Shown: positions 12,858 through 27,135, numbered from the whole stretch's first letter. The stretch: DNA of 63,427 nt, filler included, from Choristocarpus tenellus KU-1152 (GCA_964200185.2; 6 parts of 6 records of this genome joined end to end with filler, not necessarily neighbours in it), one strand, 5' to 3'. Made by a program: numbers and translations. Notes: generated from the sequence alone by a model not told the origin.

Positions 12858-14521
12858 TCACTTGTTTTTAGCTAGTGCAAAGGTAAACTCCTTCACGTCA
12901 ACCGCCAATTTTCCATCTACAAATCCCCTGCCCTTCATCTTTGCAATGCCAAATTTTGGCTTCCAAGCCACAAGCTCCATTTCCATCACGAGCACATCCC
13001 CTGGAACCACCGGCTTGCGCCACTTCACCTGCTCCAAAATAAGGCATGAGGGATGTGTGGTGGCAATGGATATGATGAATGGTGTGTGTTGATTTTTCCT
13101 TTTCCTCTTCATGTGGCAAAAAAAAAAAATTCTGTCAAACTCGATGCAAAAGCAAATGAACTGAAGAAGAAAGTTTGAAGCTACAGAACAACAGAACTAA
13201 AACGGGAAGAACACACATAGTGTTTCAAATGCTGATATTGGAGAAATGGGGGTGTTATGGACACAGCAGGACACAGGCATCTTTCTAATCACACTCTACC
13301 TTGAAGTCTTGAACTCATGAAAGGCTAATGTTTTCATTACCTAGCCCAATCAACTCTTGTTAGTGCATGCAATGTCAAAACCTTGCAGCAGGTTCCCTTT
13401 GGTGCTTTTCAAAGGCGCAAATTACGTTTCTGGATGACAAGTAGAGACCGCACTTTCTTACTGATTAACATACCAACGATCCTAAGACTTAAGTCCAGGA
13501 TTTTATGTACCAAGTACCCCAATGCGTGTATTGATTGTATAGTTTGGGGTTATCTCTCCACTATGGACAGTTTGACTTTAAACTACCTCTGCTGCATGGC
13601 ACAACAATGTGGAATATATTTTTTTAATCGAAACGTTGAAGGAGTTCAACTCTCAGTGTGAAGCCTCCTTAACCAGCATTTGCATTGCATTATCTATCAA
13701 AATGCTAACCGGAGCAAAGTGTATCAAAGATACTTCACGAAACCATTGGGAGGGGGTGGCTGCACTACGTACCCCATCGACGCCACCGAAGAAGAACACG
13801 CCCTCTCCATCGCTGCACGGCTCTTGCAGGCAAATCATCCCCCCCAATTGTGCCATTGCCTCGACCTGCCAGTACACAAATCACATGAAATATCGGCATC
13901 AACGATGTACTTTGGTGGAAAACGAGATCAGATCGTTGGTACTCGTTCGAGATAGTAGCCGCATCCTTGTTGTCATGCAAGATGAGATCCAACGCACAGA
14001 TAGACCTCCGCACTCACATATTCTTCCAAGTGTGGAAAATTTATTAGGTGTGCATGATTTCGTAGAACTGAAGAAAAGATATGGTAGGCCAGACAGAATT
14101 TTGGCATAGAGAAACACACCTGAAGCACACCAGGCATGATCGGGTTGTCCGGGAAGTGACCTGTGAACTGTGGCTCGTTGTTAGAGATGCACTTCACACC
14201 CACGATCCTCTTACCAGCTTCGAAGTGTATCACTTTGTCCACCAGGGCGATGGGATAGCGATGAGGCAAAACCTTTGATATGTGATCAGCTACATTAAAT
14301 ACCGTAGCTGGATGTGCGAACTCCTTGCTAAAGTCCTCGGCAGTAGGACCAGTAGGAGCCTCAACATCGTCTGCCATCCTGAGAGCCGTCCGTCCTTCAA
14401 CGGCCATACTGGCAGGACCCAGTCTCCCCCCCACGAGTCCAGCCGGGACTACAAAGGCGTGCGCTCCATTGACGAGGGAAAGCAAAGCGGCCAACGAGGC
14501 AGCGAGGTAAGGGCGTCCCAT
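12858..14521 (-). CDS. fabZ: Plastid 3-hydroxyacyl-ACP dehydratase FabZ, 3 exons, ~221 aa
   Basis: Exons 14521-14120, 13865-13773 and 13028-12858, with phase-0 GT-AG introns. Motifs [31 protein letters not shown] and [10 protein letters not shown]. The signal peptide followed by AHA-FVVP matches the ASAFAP-type bipartite plastid targeting sequence. Confidence 0.96.
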
Positions 14522-17274
14522 GGTCAAGCAGTTGTGCTCAATCTCAACTTAATGTTTATGAGAGAGAGAGTTCACAAACTTTCAAAAATAAAAAAATCCT
14601 GCACGCCTCCACCAATCCTCAATCGAGGTGAGGCAATACAACTTACCATACAACTTCGACTTTGATTAAGTCTCAACTGTCTGTCTGTGTGTTGTCGACC
14701 TGTCGGTCGTCCATCCTCTGTATATGTATTGAATTCCGGAATCTGATTACCACATTGAGCCAACGACGGTGTGCGGAATCTCGAAAATCGAACCAATATC
14801 AGAGCAGGGTGCAAACGTCGTCCACCACAGGTCATATCTAGAGAAGAGCAAGGGGACTGTAAGCACTATATGTTCACCTTCACCTTTTCAATTCCACTTT
14901 CCCGTGCTAGTAAGATTCACTAGGGGGATTGCAACCCAGACCATGAATTGATCTTTAGTCCTACGGCGATGTACCTCGAGTTAACATTTATCCACCCTGA
15001 CGATGCCCCAGGTAGGTGACTTCCAACTCATTGTCGCTCCCAATTGGAGGGTTCGCATACTTTTCGGGCAGGATATCGTACTATATTAGCCACCCTGTGG
15101 AAGGCTTGGAGGTTGCGGGTTAGGGGATTGGTGCGGTTGAATCCTGCTGGCAGTCATCTGAGATTGCCGTGGAGATTTTCCGCACCATATTGAGTCATGC
15201 CGGACATCCAAGTTGGGGTGGAAAGCAATGGTGGTAAGGTGGAGAAAGAGGATGCTCCTAAGAGTGGAGCCGAGGGAGCTTACCAGGGCAAGGTCAGTCC
15301 GTGAGGGGGTGCGGGTCACCTAGTTATTTGAATCACTGGGATCTAGGATTTCCTTCCACATCACCAACTTAGATTGGTTGTGTTAACTTTATTGTTTTGT
15401 ATTCTGGGGTACGCGTTCCGCACTCCCTGGATCCCTGCTTTGCATTGTCGGAATCTAAAAAAAGGTGTCCGTAACCAGGCGAGGAGAAAATCAGTTCTGT
15501 GGCACATGAAAACATCGGGAGAATGACCTTGCGATTGTCGGAAGCATAGTTGTATGATATGCTGTGTCTTTCATCCGATACCACTCATTTTGGTACCAAA
15601 ATACGTTGCGACAAAAATGATTAATCATCGTTCAATTTGAACTGTTAAACACACTGAGCTTGGTCGGTTGCGCATGGAATGTCTAATCAAGTTGGGTCGT
15701 TGTCGGCAACCTAGGGACTGAGAGTCAATGGGGGCACTTACGAAGCCCCAACAAATCGTGTCCAATCAAAGCTGGTCTCATATCTTCATAAATCCTACTC
15801 GAATCATAACTTTGTAGGTAGATACAAGGCTTGCATGTCCAATACACGTTTTGCTACTGTTGGATATCAATATACGTAACATTTCAAACTTACCTGTCCT
15901 CATCTCATTAACATTTCCTCATGAGCGATTACCATAGCTTTGACGTTTGCCGCTCGCATTACTGGTCTGAGGTAGTTGAATGTTTGGCCACAGATTGAAG
16001 TATAGTGTCAGGGTTTATTTATGGGGTGGACTACCTTTTTTTTACTGAGTTAGCATGAAGTTGCAAGAATCATTTAACCCTTTTCAGTGAAACTTCCCCC
16101 AAAAAGGTCTCCCGAGAGGTTAGAAATTCCCCTGTTGAAGGATCCATTCAAATGTCAGCTGGGGTCCCAAGTGAAATCGTTGTTCACTTGCCTGACTATT
16201 GTACTCATGTGAGGTAGAGGTAGTTGTGGAGATGTGGTTTTACCATACCTTCAGTATAATCTTTTTTCTACTCTGGTGTTCCTAATATTGCAATGAGTAA
16301 GATTGCCATGTGATGGTGTACAACCATTATCAGAATAGATTTTCAAAAGTGTATAGAATTCATAATACCCCCCTTGTGGTAGGTTTAGGGCTATCAATGT
16401 AGCTGTGTTTTACAATGACCCGTGGATCCTTCCTTTTGTAAATCTATCCCCTCTTTTATTTGTGCTTGTCTACTCTCAGTCCTTGGCTATGACATTACAC
16501 GTAAGTTCACCAAGAGCCCTTCTCAAAGGGTAGATACACCCCACTTTAAAGACTTGAATTAAATACCAAATGGGCATTGAAAAAATCGACCCTCCCACTG
16601 GCAAATCGAATCTGACCATGCTGAATATATGGAGAGATTATGAGACTCAAACCCTCAGCATATATGTTTCTAGGTTTATTGTGATATCCTGTTTTCAGTA
16701 TCCTATTATCCTATTATCAATGATCATTCATCGATTGGAACATTTTTTGTTTCTAAACCAGAGAACCCTAACCCCAAATTAGATCACACAAGGACCCCTG
16801 CAAAAAGGAGGGCAGTCTCATACCGGTTTGGGAATTTATTATTATTATCACTACCCTCATTGCTCAAGGTTCATCTACAATAATATGATATTTTTATATG
16901 GTCAAGGGAGTTATTTTCCTGGATTACCTTCTAAGTTAGTGCACAACATAGCAATGGATGGGGGTCAATGTGTTGTGTCCAGTACCAATACCTTTGAGTC
17001 ATATATTCAAACTCAACCTATTGTTGGTGAAATCAGTAAATATGAGGTCATACATTCATTTAGTAGCTTTCAGGGGTGTTAACTATTGCCCAGAGAGGGA
17101 CCAATGTCAGAGAGGTTGATCGTGATTGTCATGGATAACCTCACAGATTAAAAGTTACTGCTAGAAGGGAAATTTAGGGAACATTTACAGATATCCATGT
17201 GCAGAGGTTAAAAGGATTGAGAGGTTAAAATGATTGAGAGGAATCTCAAAGTGATGTGAACGGTCCTGCGGGGG

Positions 17275-17357
17275 TTGAAAGGCGTTTACGGTGGATTATT
17301 TTTGTATTTCTACACAAGACTGTGTAATGGGAACAATCAACCGTAAACGCCTTTCAA
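17275..17357 (+). other. 83-nt inverted repeat/hairpin (18-bp perfect arm, 24/26 matches)
   Basis: TTGAAAGGCGTTTACGGTGGATTATT pairs with AACAATCAACCGTAAACGCCTTTCAA. Confidence 0.85.
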
Positions 17358-18329
17358 GAACACTGTACTCTTCACAAGGAACCCATTCCATGCATAGTTT
17401 GATTTTTTTATTATCAGGGGGAGTACCAATACCTACTTAAGGGTGGTTTGGTGTTGATGGCAGTACCAGTACCTGACCTATATTAATTGTAATATTTGTT
17501 GCAATTTATTTTTTTATTAGTTTCTACCTGCCGCAGTGGTGTGGCGTGATTGTGTGTGTTGTCTCTCTTTGAAAATTTTGCGCTTATTGTGTACTGGTAA
17601 TTGTGTAGTGCTGGTTGAGATATACATTTTTTGTTGTTGTAAGACCCGCACGGGTAGGGAGATGTTGGACTGATTTCCCCATCTGGTACATTGGTTCTGG
17701 AAAGGCTGGTTGATTCTAATGCAGTACAGAGTTGACAGTAGTTGACAGTAGTGGAGAGGTGTGTGTTATTTGCATTTTGTGTGTGTTTTGGCTGTTTTGA
17801 GTTTTTTCAGTTTTTTTTTTCATGATTTCATTTTTATCAAGGTGAAGATGTTCAATTTTACCAATTTTATTAATTTTATTTAAGAAATTGGCATCGATAA
17901 GGATAAATTGCTTCTGAACACTGAGCGTATTAGGAAGAAAAATCCAAGATGTACCATTATCCACACCTGCAGATTGTGTGCAACAATAATTTATAATAAT
18001 AATATGTGCCATGAGAAATTCAGAGGGTCCTTAAAACTCACCGGTACCCCCCTCTATGTTGTTTTTTGTAACTTTTAAACCAAGACTGTCATAGGGTTAC
18101 TAGTTGCTAGTTCTTAGCTCCTGTACCTTACAATCCAAGAACAAATACCTAGACAGTACTTGTAGATTACTGGCAATGTGCACTGGTGATATTACATTAT
18201 TATTTTACAAAGTGTGGTGTAATATTTATATTATTTTTTTATGGAGACTGGGTCTCCTTGACTTGATGGGTGTTGACATGACAGGTGTGCCGTGCCCCTT
18301 TGTAATATGTGCATGGCTGGTTTGTGCAG

Positions 18330-21300
18330 GTAAAGGGTATTATCTACCCCCCTCCTGACATACGGGCTATTGTGGACAAGACTGCTCGATTTGTGGCCAA
18401 GAATGGTAAAAGTTTTGAAGATAGGATTCAGTCCAGTGAGGAGGGAAAGAGTGCCAAGTTCAATTTCATGCGTCCCCATGATCCTTACTATGCATACTAC
18501 GAGTTCAAGATCAGGGATTTTGAAGAGAATGGTGATGCACCCAAGGAGGTGAGGGGATGGTATGAATGTATGAATAGGTCTGCTCAAGTTGTTGTGGCTC
18601 CGATTTACTAATGTATCCCCTCTCCTCTGGCTACATACATATTTTAAAATTTTATTATTTTTTTTAATGGCACTTCTCGCTTCCCATTTTAAATTTATAT
18701 TTTTTTTAGTAGTAGTAGATGCAATCAAATGATGGTAAACAACTTTATTTTTATTTATTATATCGAGAGATAGTAACCTTGTAAAGAGGAAAGGAATGAG
18801 GGTGTTAAAGAGGATTGTGTTGGTTAGACATCTTACAATCGATGCATATCTCCAACTTAGGGTTAGGGTTACAATCGATAACCACCTATTCGCCTGTACT
18901 GATGCCTGCACCAAAGGGTTACTTTGCACTTAAGGATTATTTTGAGCTTTGTGTCTCCATCTTTTGCATGATAGTGACTTACTGCATTGTAATAAACATA
19001 CCTTACATATTATCGCCTGTTGCATTGTTATAGACTGCCACACCTGCACCAGAAAAATCTGAGGCAGAGAATGGAAGCACAGAGGGGGGCTCAGAGGAAC
19101 AACCTGAAGGAGAAGGGGGTGGTGATCAAAAGGGTGACAAGAAGACCGGTCCATCATCATTGTCAAGGAAGGTCTGTCATACCTTGTCACACCTTGTCAT
19201 ACCTTGTCATACCTTGCCATACCTTTTTTGTGGCTCCTCTTACATCTTACAGGTGTTGGAGTATGTATTGGGTGTCAGGGCAACTCCTTGTAGTTAGTGC
19301 ACTGTACTGTACTATACTGTACTATACTAGTAATTGACATCCCTTATTCCTTATGGTGTATGTGTGTTAAGTGTGTGTACCTTGGGAATAGACTACCCCT
19401 TGTGTTCTCCTGTGGAGGACATTTGTCTTGTTCTTGAGGCAGTATGGTGGAGCATCACTGTCCATGGCATTGGCTGCCTTGTCATCGGTAGGTTGTGGAT
19501 GTGCTTGATGACATTAACTCACATTAAGATACTTTGTATGTACCAATAAGTTTCTGGCGTGATAGATCTATCTTTGTGCTAAACCTAGTGCTGAGTTTGT
19601 GGAGAGGATTCAAGTAAATCTACTTTATCATGAGATGATCCAGAGACCTGCTTCTATGGGGTTGGTGATTTTTGTCAATGATAAGCATTTCCAACAGGAT
19701 TCACATCTTGGTAGTGGCACATGACTCTCTACATGTCTAGATAACATAGAAATACTTTTTCCTGATTTAATGTTTATTATTATTATATTATATATTTTTT
19801 GAGTAATTCAGCGTAATGTGGCATAAGACACACACGCACACACGCACACACTTTGCTTTCAAGGATAATCTATTCCCCACATGAATCAAAAGGTATGTAA
19901 TGTGGTTCAGTGTGTGTGTCCGAGTTTGTTGGGGAGGAGGTTGTTGTTGGGCATCTTACTGACAAGTGTGAAGAAACATTTGGTGAGGCATTCATGCTGC
20001 CACAGTTTGGAACAATGGTTGAGCAATCAGCACCATTCACAATCCCCGATTAACCAATCAGCATGCATGAATATGTAAGCACCCCTCAAACTAGAACTCG
20101 TGGGCTATTTTTGGAGACACATCACTTGGTTGGGTAAAGGAATTGTGCCATGCCCAGCAACTAGTGACTTTCTGATACAGTACAGTATGGGTATCATGCA
20201 TATTATACTACGTAATAGTTTCATTGTTGAGATGTTAGACTGTTGTGCTATATTTTGTTAGTTCATAAGTGTCACATTAGTTGTGGTATGTGCTTTTTTC
20301 GTTCCAGTTGTGTGTGTTATTATTACTTGCTATTATTATCATGTTTGACGAATGTGAGTTATTATTACTTGCTATTACTATCACGTTTGACAAATCAAAA
20401 CCCATGGATATAACACTGGTACCATGTACACTTGACTGAAAGCATGAGATACAGCATCTCATGGCGCTCTCCTATCATTAGCTCTTATTAATATCTTACT
20501 AATATCATGCCTGCATCTTTCGCTGCCTTGAATCAGTGAATCAACCACTTGTGGGTTGTGTCTAGCTTTGAGGAGAAAGTTTTGGCCCTACAGGACCTTT
20601 CAGAGTATTGTTATTGTTGTTTTTAATATAGTTTATTTTCTATCCCTAATGTATTGAATATGTCTGATGGTGTTAGTTGTGTTAGTTATGCTATTGAGGT
20701 GTCCTTCATGCCTGAGCTGTAGGAGGGGAGGAATAAGCAACAACTCCATATGTATAAATAATAATATAAGAAAGTGAAGTGAAGGTGAAGTGAAGCAAGA
20801 GAAAAATTGTATGGTTCTATCAAATGTATTGTTCTATCAATTGTGTATGTGCAGTGAACAAAAAAGAATATCCTCCCTAACCCTATCATCACCCATTTGT
20901 TGTACAGGCGGTGATGGCACCAATTGCCAAGGCTGCACTTTCACTTAACAAAGACCAGGCACCCCCACCATTTGAGTTCAGTGTGGGGCACCCCATGGGA
21001 CTAACAGCATTGGATGTTGACATCATCAAGGTAATGAATGCATCACAACCTAGACCGTGAATTGTATTGATTGCAATGAAAGTCTATACCAAAGATTGAT
21101 TGATACCACCGGTTGTTGTGAACTTACACTATATTGTATTGTATTGTATTGATTGCAATGAAAGTCAGTGTAAGTTAAGGTTAATGTTAAGATGGAGGCA
21201 ACCCTAACTTTGGTGTCATATGATGAATACAGTTGAAGAGGAAGACTTCATACGTTTGAAGACTTTTTTGTGTTGATAATAATAATAATAATATTGATAA

Positions 21301-24300
21301 TAATAATACTTTGGAGAAGGGTCTATCTTGGTGTATCTTATTTCCTGTGTTTGTGCATGTATTAATCATCCTCTACAACTGGTGTAATCCTTGTAGTGTT
21401 AGGGTTAGTGCGTAGTAGTGTTGTTGTAATCAAAATCAACTGTAGTGTTAGGGTTAGTGTGTAGTAGTGTTGTTCTAATCAAAATCAACTGTAGTGTTAG
21501 GGTGATTTTGATAGTCATTTCTTCCATCCTCTGTACCCCTTGATGTAGACTGGTCATTGTTGTGTGAGTCTTGAGTGGTGTCTTTGGTCTGATGTGTATG
21601 GACTTGTCTTGGTGTATCACTTTTCAATTTCAAATTTCAATTTTACTTCATCTCTTGTTTTTGTCCATTCATCTTGGATATTTCACTGATCTGATTGATT
21701 GATTGATTGGTTGATTGATATTATTATTATTATTATTATTACTAAAACTATTGTTCTTGTGTTATATACCCCTCAACCCTATTTTGAAAATACATTACCC
21801 CATAAGTGAAACAGTGAATTCATACCACCCTACCTACCTTCCTACCTACCTACCTATCCCCTTTTGTTTGTTTATGCTGTTTTTGATGGATCTTGACAGT
21901 TGACAGCGCAATTCACTGCAGTGGGAGGGAGGAATTTTTTATCAGAGTTGGCAAGGAGGGAGGCAAAGAATGAGCAGTTTCAGTTCTTGAAACATACTCA
22001 TGCTCTGTTCAGCTACTTCACCAGGTGTGATGTCCATATTTTCAAGCATGTGGCAGAGGGATGTGCTTGGGTATTGATAGATAACCTTGAGAATGTAGAC
22101 TAGCATGAATATGCACTTAAGCCATCTGAGATGTTACTATATGATGAATGGTCCCTTGATGGAAATAAATAGTGTACATATTTCAACAACAATAATAACA
22201 GTGTTTTATGTGAGGTATTTTATTCTGTTTGGTTGTGTCCATTGTCATGGTTACCTGACCTCTTTGTGTCCAGTGTAGTGTATTGTAGTGTAGGCCAAGG
22301 ACAAAACAGTTACATATATATATTTATTTATTTTAGTGATGGTGATCGTAATGGTGATAGTGGAGTACCTGCCAAGTAGTACTGTTTGATGTTTGATAGT
22401 TGGTGTGTGATAGGGCTTTTTAAGGATAGTGTGATGATGCTGGATGATATTGAAGATCCCCAGTAAGGGTCAAAATTGATGAGAAAATAGTGTAAATGGG
22501 ATGGTTTACTTATAATACCTTTAAGAAATAAAATTTGTTGAGAGTATCATCACTAGACCTTGTGTTGTATTCCTGGAATGACTATATATAATGACCATAT
22601 GGAATGACTATATATAATATACATAAAAACCTAACGACCTTGGTCCTTCAATGGTAAATCATACCCAATGGCCACTTGTTAGTCAATGAGTTGTTGAAAT
22701 TAATAGTAATGAGTTATTTCCCTTAACCACTAGGTCATTGTTAATTGGTTATTCGTCATTGGTAGCATGCAAGGAAGGTCGTACTCCTTGACATGTCTAT
22801 GGTTGATATTCTTGTTAGTACGTATTGATGAAATTTACACCCTCTTAGTATTTGTAAATTGTATATTATTGATGTATGGTCTGGGATTCCAATATGTTGG
22901 CACTATGATATCACAAAGCAAAGGACGCTCAAGCAGTGATCAAGTTCACTATTTATTTATTTATTTATTAAGGGGTCACAACGCAAAGGTCTCTTTACCC
23001 CCACAAACCAGTCACAAAATGGTAGTCACTGGTGTGCAACATTGAGATATTGTTAGTAGGCATAATGATAATAATAAATAGTGCTGGCAAGCAGGCAGGC
23101 TAACACAGTGATGCACCTGACTCCTTCGCCGCTCTGTGTAGGTACTAAGCTTGTTATTTTTATTTTATTGTATACTTTCATTTACAGCAGTAGTAACATT
23201 ATTTCAGCATATTTCTTATTAATATATAGTTGGGGTTAGGGTTAGGGTTGAAACAAATGTAATTCATGATAGTACATAGTAGTGTGGAACAGTATACACT
23301 ATACAGTTACAGTACAAGAATTGCAAAGTAGACCCATGTAAATAACAATGTTTTACACAGGCAGGGGTGTTTGGTGCGTGATGTGGTGTGATGTGATACG
23401 ACACAAGGTGTGAGGTACAAAAATAATTCTGATGGTGATCTTACCAGAGATGTTCCTCTTAACCCTTTTGCCTTCTCAAGTCTTGTGGATGCCTACACCA
23501 AGGTATTGCAACCCACTGCTGCACAGAAGGCAATGGTGGATGGGGGTAGAGGTCGTCAGTATATGCTACAGAAGTGTGTTCATCGCTGGGAACACCAACG
23601 AGAGCAGTCTGCCAAGAAGGAAGCATCCCTTGCTGCTGAGGATGCTGACCGAGTGGCATTCCGGTCTATTGACTGGCATGACTTTGTAGTTGTGGAGGTG
23701 TGTAATTTCAGACATGAGGTGTTCTGTACAGGTTTTGTTGTTTGCTCTGTATGTGTTATGTGTTACCATACTCTGTATGCTATGTGTTACCATACTCTTT
23801 ATGTTATGTGTTATCATACTCTCTATGTCATGTGTTACCGTACTCTCTATGTTATGTGTTATCATACTCTCTATGCCATGTGTATCATACTCTGGAGGTG
23901 CCATCATTGCTATTAGTGAGTACAACGCTATGGCTTGCATACACTAATTATTAACAGTACAGTTCTTGAAACTGAAATGAAAAGGCATACTTGTGATCTT
24001 GAGGTGTTGGCCATAGTTGGGGACATGTGCCATTGCTATTGCTATTGGTAGTACTGGTCATTTCCTTTTCCTGGTTCAAGTGTGTAGATTTGTTCCTCTG
24101 AAGCTAATTATATATTACCTTTACTTTGGTCAGGGTTAGTGATGTGGACAGACAGGAAGAGGGTTCCGAAAAATATTTTCAGAGGAGCCTCTGATTACTA
24201 CCATGATTGATATCTAATCTCAATATGTTCTTTTGATCCTGCTTTGACTGCTATGTGGTGGTATGAGTTCCTTTCTGTACAGGCATTAGAATACATTTGT

Positions 24301-27135
24301 AGATAAGGAGTGTATCGACTAAGCTATTAACAATAGTGGTGTGTTTTTGAAGGTCAGTAGATAGTAGGTGTCTTCTTTTGTGTACATAGTGCATCTGACC
24401 ATAATCCCTAACCCTCACAATGCTGTATGCTCTAGACAATTGAGTTCCCTGATGATGAACTGGTGGAGCCACTGGAGGGCTTGGACATTCAAGATGTGGA
24501 AGAGGTGGAAGAGGAAGAGCCTCAAGAGGCAGAAGAACCTGTTCCCCCTCCACCTCCAGAGGAACCCCTCGACAAAAGTGTGCTTGTGGTCAGTTACACA
24601 TCAGTTATAAATGTTATACTTCAGTTTAGTTCATGTGCCATCTGTTCAGTGGGTTTACATCAGATCAGATGATATCACATCATATCAGATCGTATCATAT
24701 CACATCATTTATCCACATGCCACAGTGAATTTTTAAGGTTGTTGAAAGTGTATCACCTCTGACAAAATGATAATATTATTTCAATATCCACATGTGATCA
24801 TTTGGTAGGATAGTTATTGACTGGCAGAGGCAATGTGCAGGTACAGGTGAAGAATATATTTAGTCGTGTACTATGATTCTAAAGTGTACCTCCTTGTCAG
24901 TGTGATTGAAGCCTTCATGGTTAGGAAGAAGGGGGGGGGGTGCTTTGATGAGTGAGTAGTGAGTACCAGTGATTACCTCTGAAGCATGTGGTAGTAGTAG
25001 TATTTTGATTTAATGTGCAAGAGTGCTTTCGTGTTCAACTTTGTCAGCATATTGTCTACATACTGGCTTTACCCTCTTCCAACATGGTTGTTAGTCTGTT
25101 TGGGGTACTTTGCGTGAGATGAGCGTTCCTCTTATTATTACTACTTTTATTATTATTATTATTATTATTATTGTAGTAGTAGCGTTTTTTTTATTATTAT
25201 TAGAGTATTGCAGTGCAATAGCATAGTTCAAACGTGTGGTAGATTTGGTGTGCTTAATGTTGCCTTCTGTCATTATAACTTAATTTTTTTGTTTCAGCTT
25301 AATCCCTCACATACCCCTCTCGATTCAGGCAGTCATCCAACTCCCCTCCCTCCCTATCCCCATACTACTAGCATAATATCTAGGGAAGGTAATCAAACAG
25401 TAGCCACGATCGATACTGTGAACCAAATGCTACCACTTGTACTTACCTTACCTTTCCCTTTCATATTCATGGACCAGTCAGTACTAATCCATTCTGTGGT
25501 ACTTACTCTGTCTCTATGTTTACTCTGCTACCTGCTTGTTGGTGGGGGTAGGAGGAGGAGGACGAGGATGAGGACATGGATATGGATATGGACATGGACT
25601 TGGAGGATGATGATGAGGATGAGGGCGGGATGCCACCTCCCCCACCGCCTGGCCCTCCTCCCCCTCCCCAGCACGATGATGTCAGTCTGATAAGTTTGAT
25701 TATTATTTGGGAGTACTCTCATGGAGGGAGTGGATGTGAAGTTTGGTTTCTGTGACTGTATATGATTATTCCATTACTCTATTTGCATGAAGGGAAGGGC
25801 TTGTAGTTGTTTCAAGACATACTGCTAGTTGTATCGACTGCCTGGGAAAACATTGTCATTCACTCCCCTGGGATTTGTTGGGTGTGGAAGGGCAGGCATG
25901 GGGTCAGTTGATGTGATACCTTATTCCATTACACGTACAGTATGAGACTATGAACGATTTTTGAGTTTTTTGTCCTTTTTTGATGGATGTGAAGATTTTT
26001 TAAAGTGTATTGGACTGTGAGCCACTGGGGTGGTATTATTTGAAGGATTGAAGGAACTTGCTGGAAGTATCTAGAGTACTGTCTCACGGCATAGCCTCAC
26101 AAAAGATTTGGTCTTTCTACACATCTGATTTATTCCTGATCATCCCATCCCTCTGTTGCAACACTTCGATCATGATTCATGATGATTGACAGGATGAAGA
26201 CATCAATGTGGTCAGCAACTATAAGCCTGATGTGTCTATGGGTGGGAGCTCTCAGATACCCAACATGGTTGTTGATCCTATATCGGGTAAGGCAATGGCA
26301 GCGAGCGAGCTGTCAGATCATCTGCGCATTCAGTTGTTAGACCCCAAGTGGCGGGAGGAGCAGGAGAGAGCAGCCGCCAAGCACAAGGAGACTGCCTATG
26401 CTGAGGGGCAATCTATTGCAGCATCCCTCAAGTCGCTGGCAAGGAACAGAGGGGATATCTTTGGATCTGCCGAGGCAAGTATAGTATGTGACAAAGTATT
26501 CCATTTCTCATACTGCATATCTACTATAGCATCACATTGCTGTACATGCAGAGGTTGCTATTTAGTAGCTTGCTTTCCAGGCATTCTATGCATTATACTC
26601 ATCACTGCTGCTGGTGATTGAGATGATAGATTTAATCAATTTTCTGTATTCCTACTGCAGAATTAGTATCTACTGTTTGTCCTAATGAACCAGATGATGA
26701 TGGTAGTGACGGACCTTGTTACGTGTCACTTGACTTTAGAAGGGTAAGCCTTGAAGCACTATATACATGCCAACCCCCCATGTTGATAACTTGTTGATAA
26801 CATGAAATTACTACTGTAAGAGTGAAATACTTACATTACTACTCTACAGGAGGAGGAAGCTCAGATGAGGGAAGAGTCAGAACGTAAACGGAGGCGCCTT
26901 GAAGAGACCAATCGGATCAGGTGGGATGGTAACATTGCCACAGCTAATGCTGTTCGGCAGGCAGCTCTAGAGAAGCAGCTTGCCATGCCCAGGTCAGCCC
27001 TACTACCCACTCCAGCAGGACCACAGATTGGCCCATCCATTCCTGGGATGGGTGCTAAGCCACCGCTGCCACCTGGTGCCCCCCCCCCGCTACCCCACGG
27101 CCCCCCCCCCCCCCCACCCCCCCCCCGCCACTCCC
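18330..27135 (+). CDS. SF3A1: Splicing factor 3A subunit 1 (Prp21/SF3a120), multi-exon, 3' end lost at the assembly linker
   Basis: Exons 18330-18548, 19034-19171, 20908-21030, 21900-22024, 23481-23697, 24436-24588, 25552-25680, 26193-26474 and 26850->27135 keep frame. SURP1 (IIYPPPDIRAIVDKTARFVAKNG..HDPYYAYY), SURP2 (DIIKLTAQFTA..FLKHTHALFSYFTSLVDAY), IDWHDFVVVETIEF and HLRIQLLDPKWREE are present. Start exon possibly 15228-15233. Confidence 0.95.
19175..19225. repeat. 10-bp tandem repeat (GTCATACCTT)x~5 in an SF3A1 intron
   Basis: Direct reading. Confidence 0.85.
23757..23892. repeat. 24-bp minisatellite (TATGTGTTAYCATACTCTCTATGY)x~5.5 in an SF3A1 intron
   Basis: Direct reading. It produces the spurious MCYHTLY repeats in the ORF track. 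Confidence 0.9.

Noticed and set aside
18231-18929. 232-aa minus-strand ORF
   Set aside because: Antisense to an SF3A1 exon plus AT-rich intron. No motif and non-coding-like composition.
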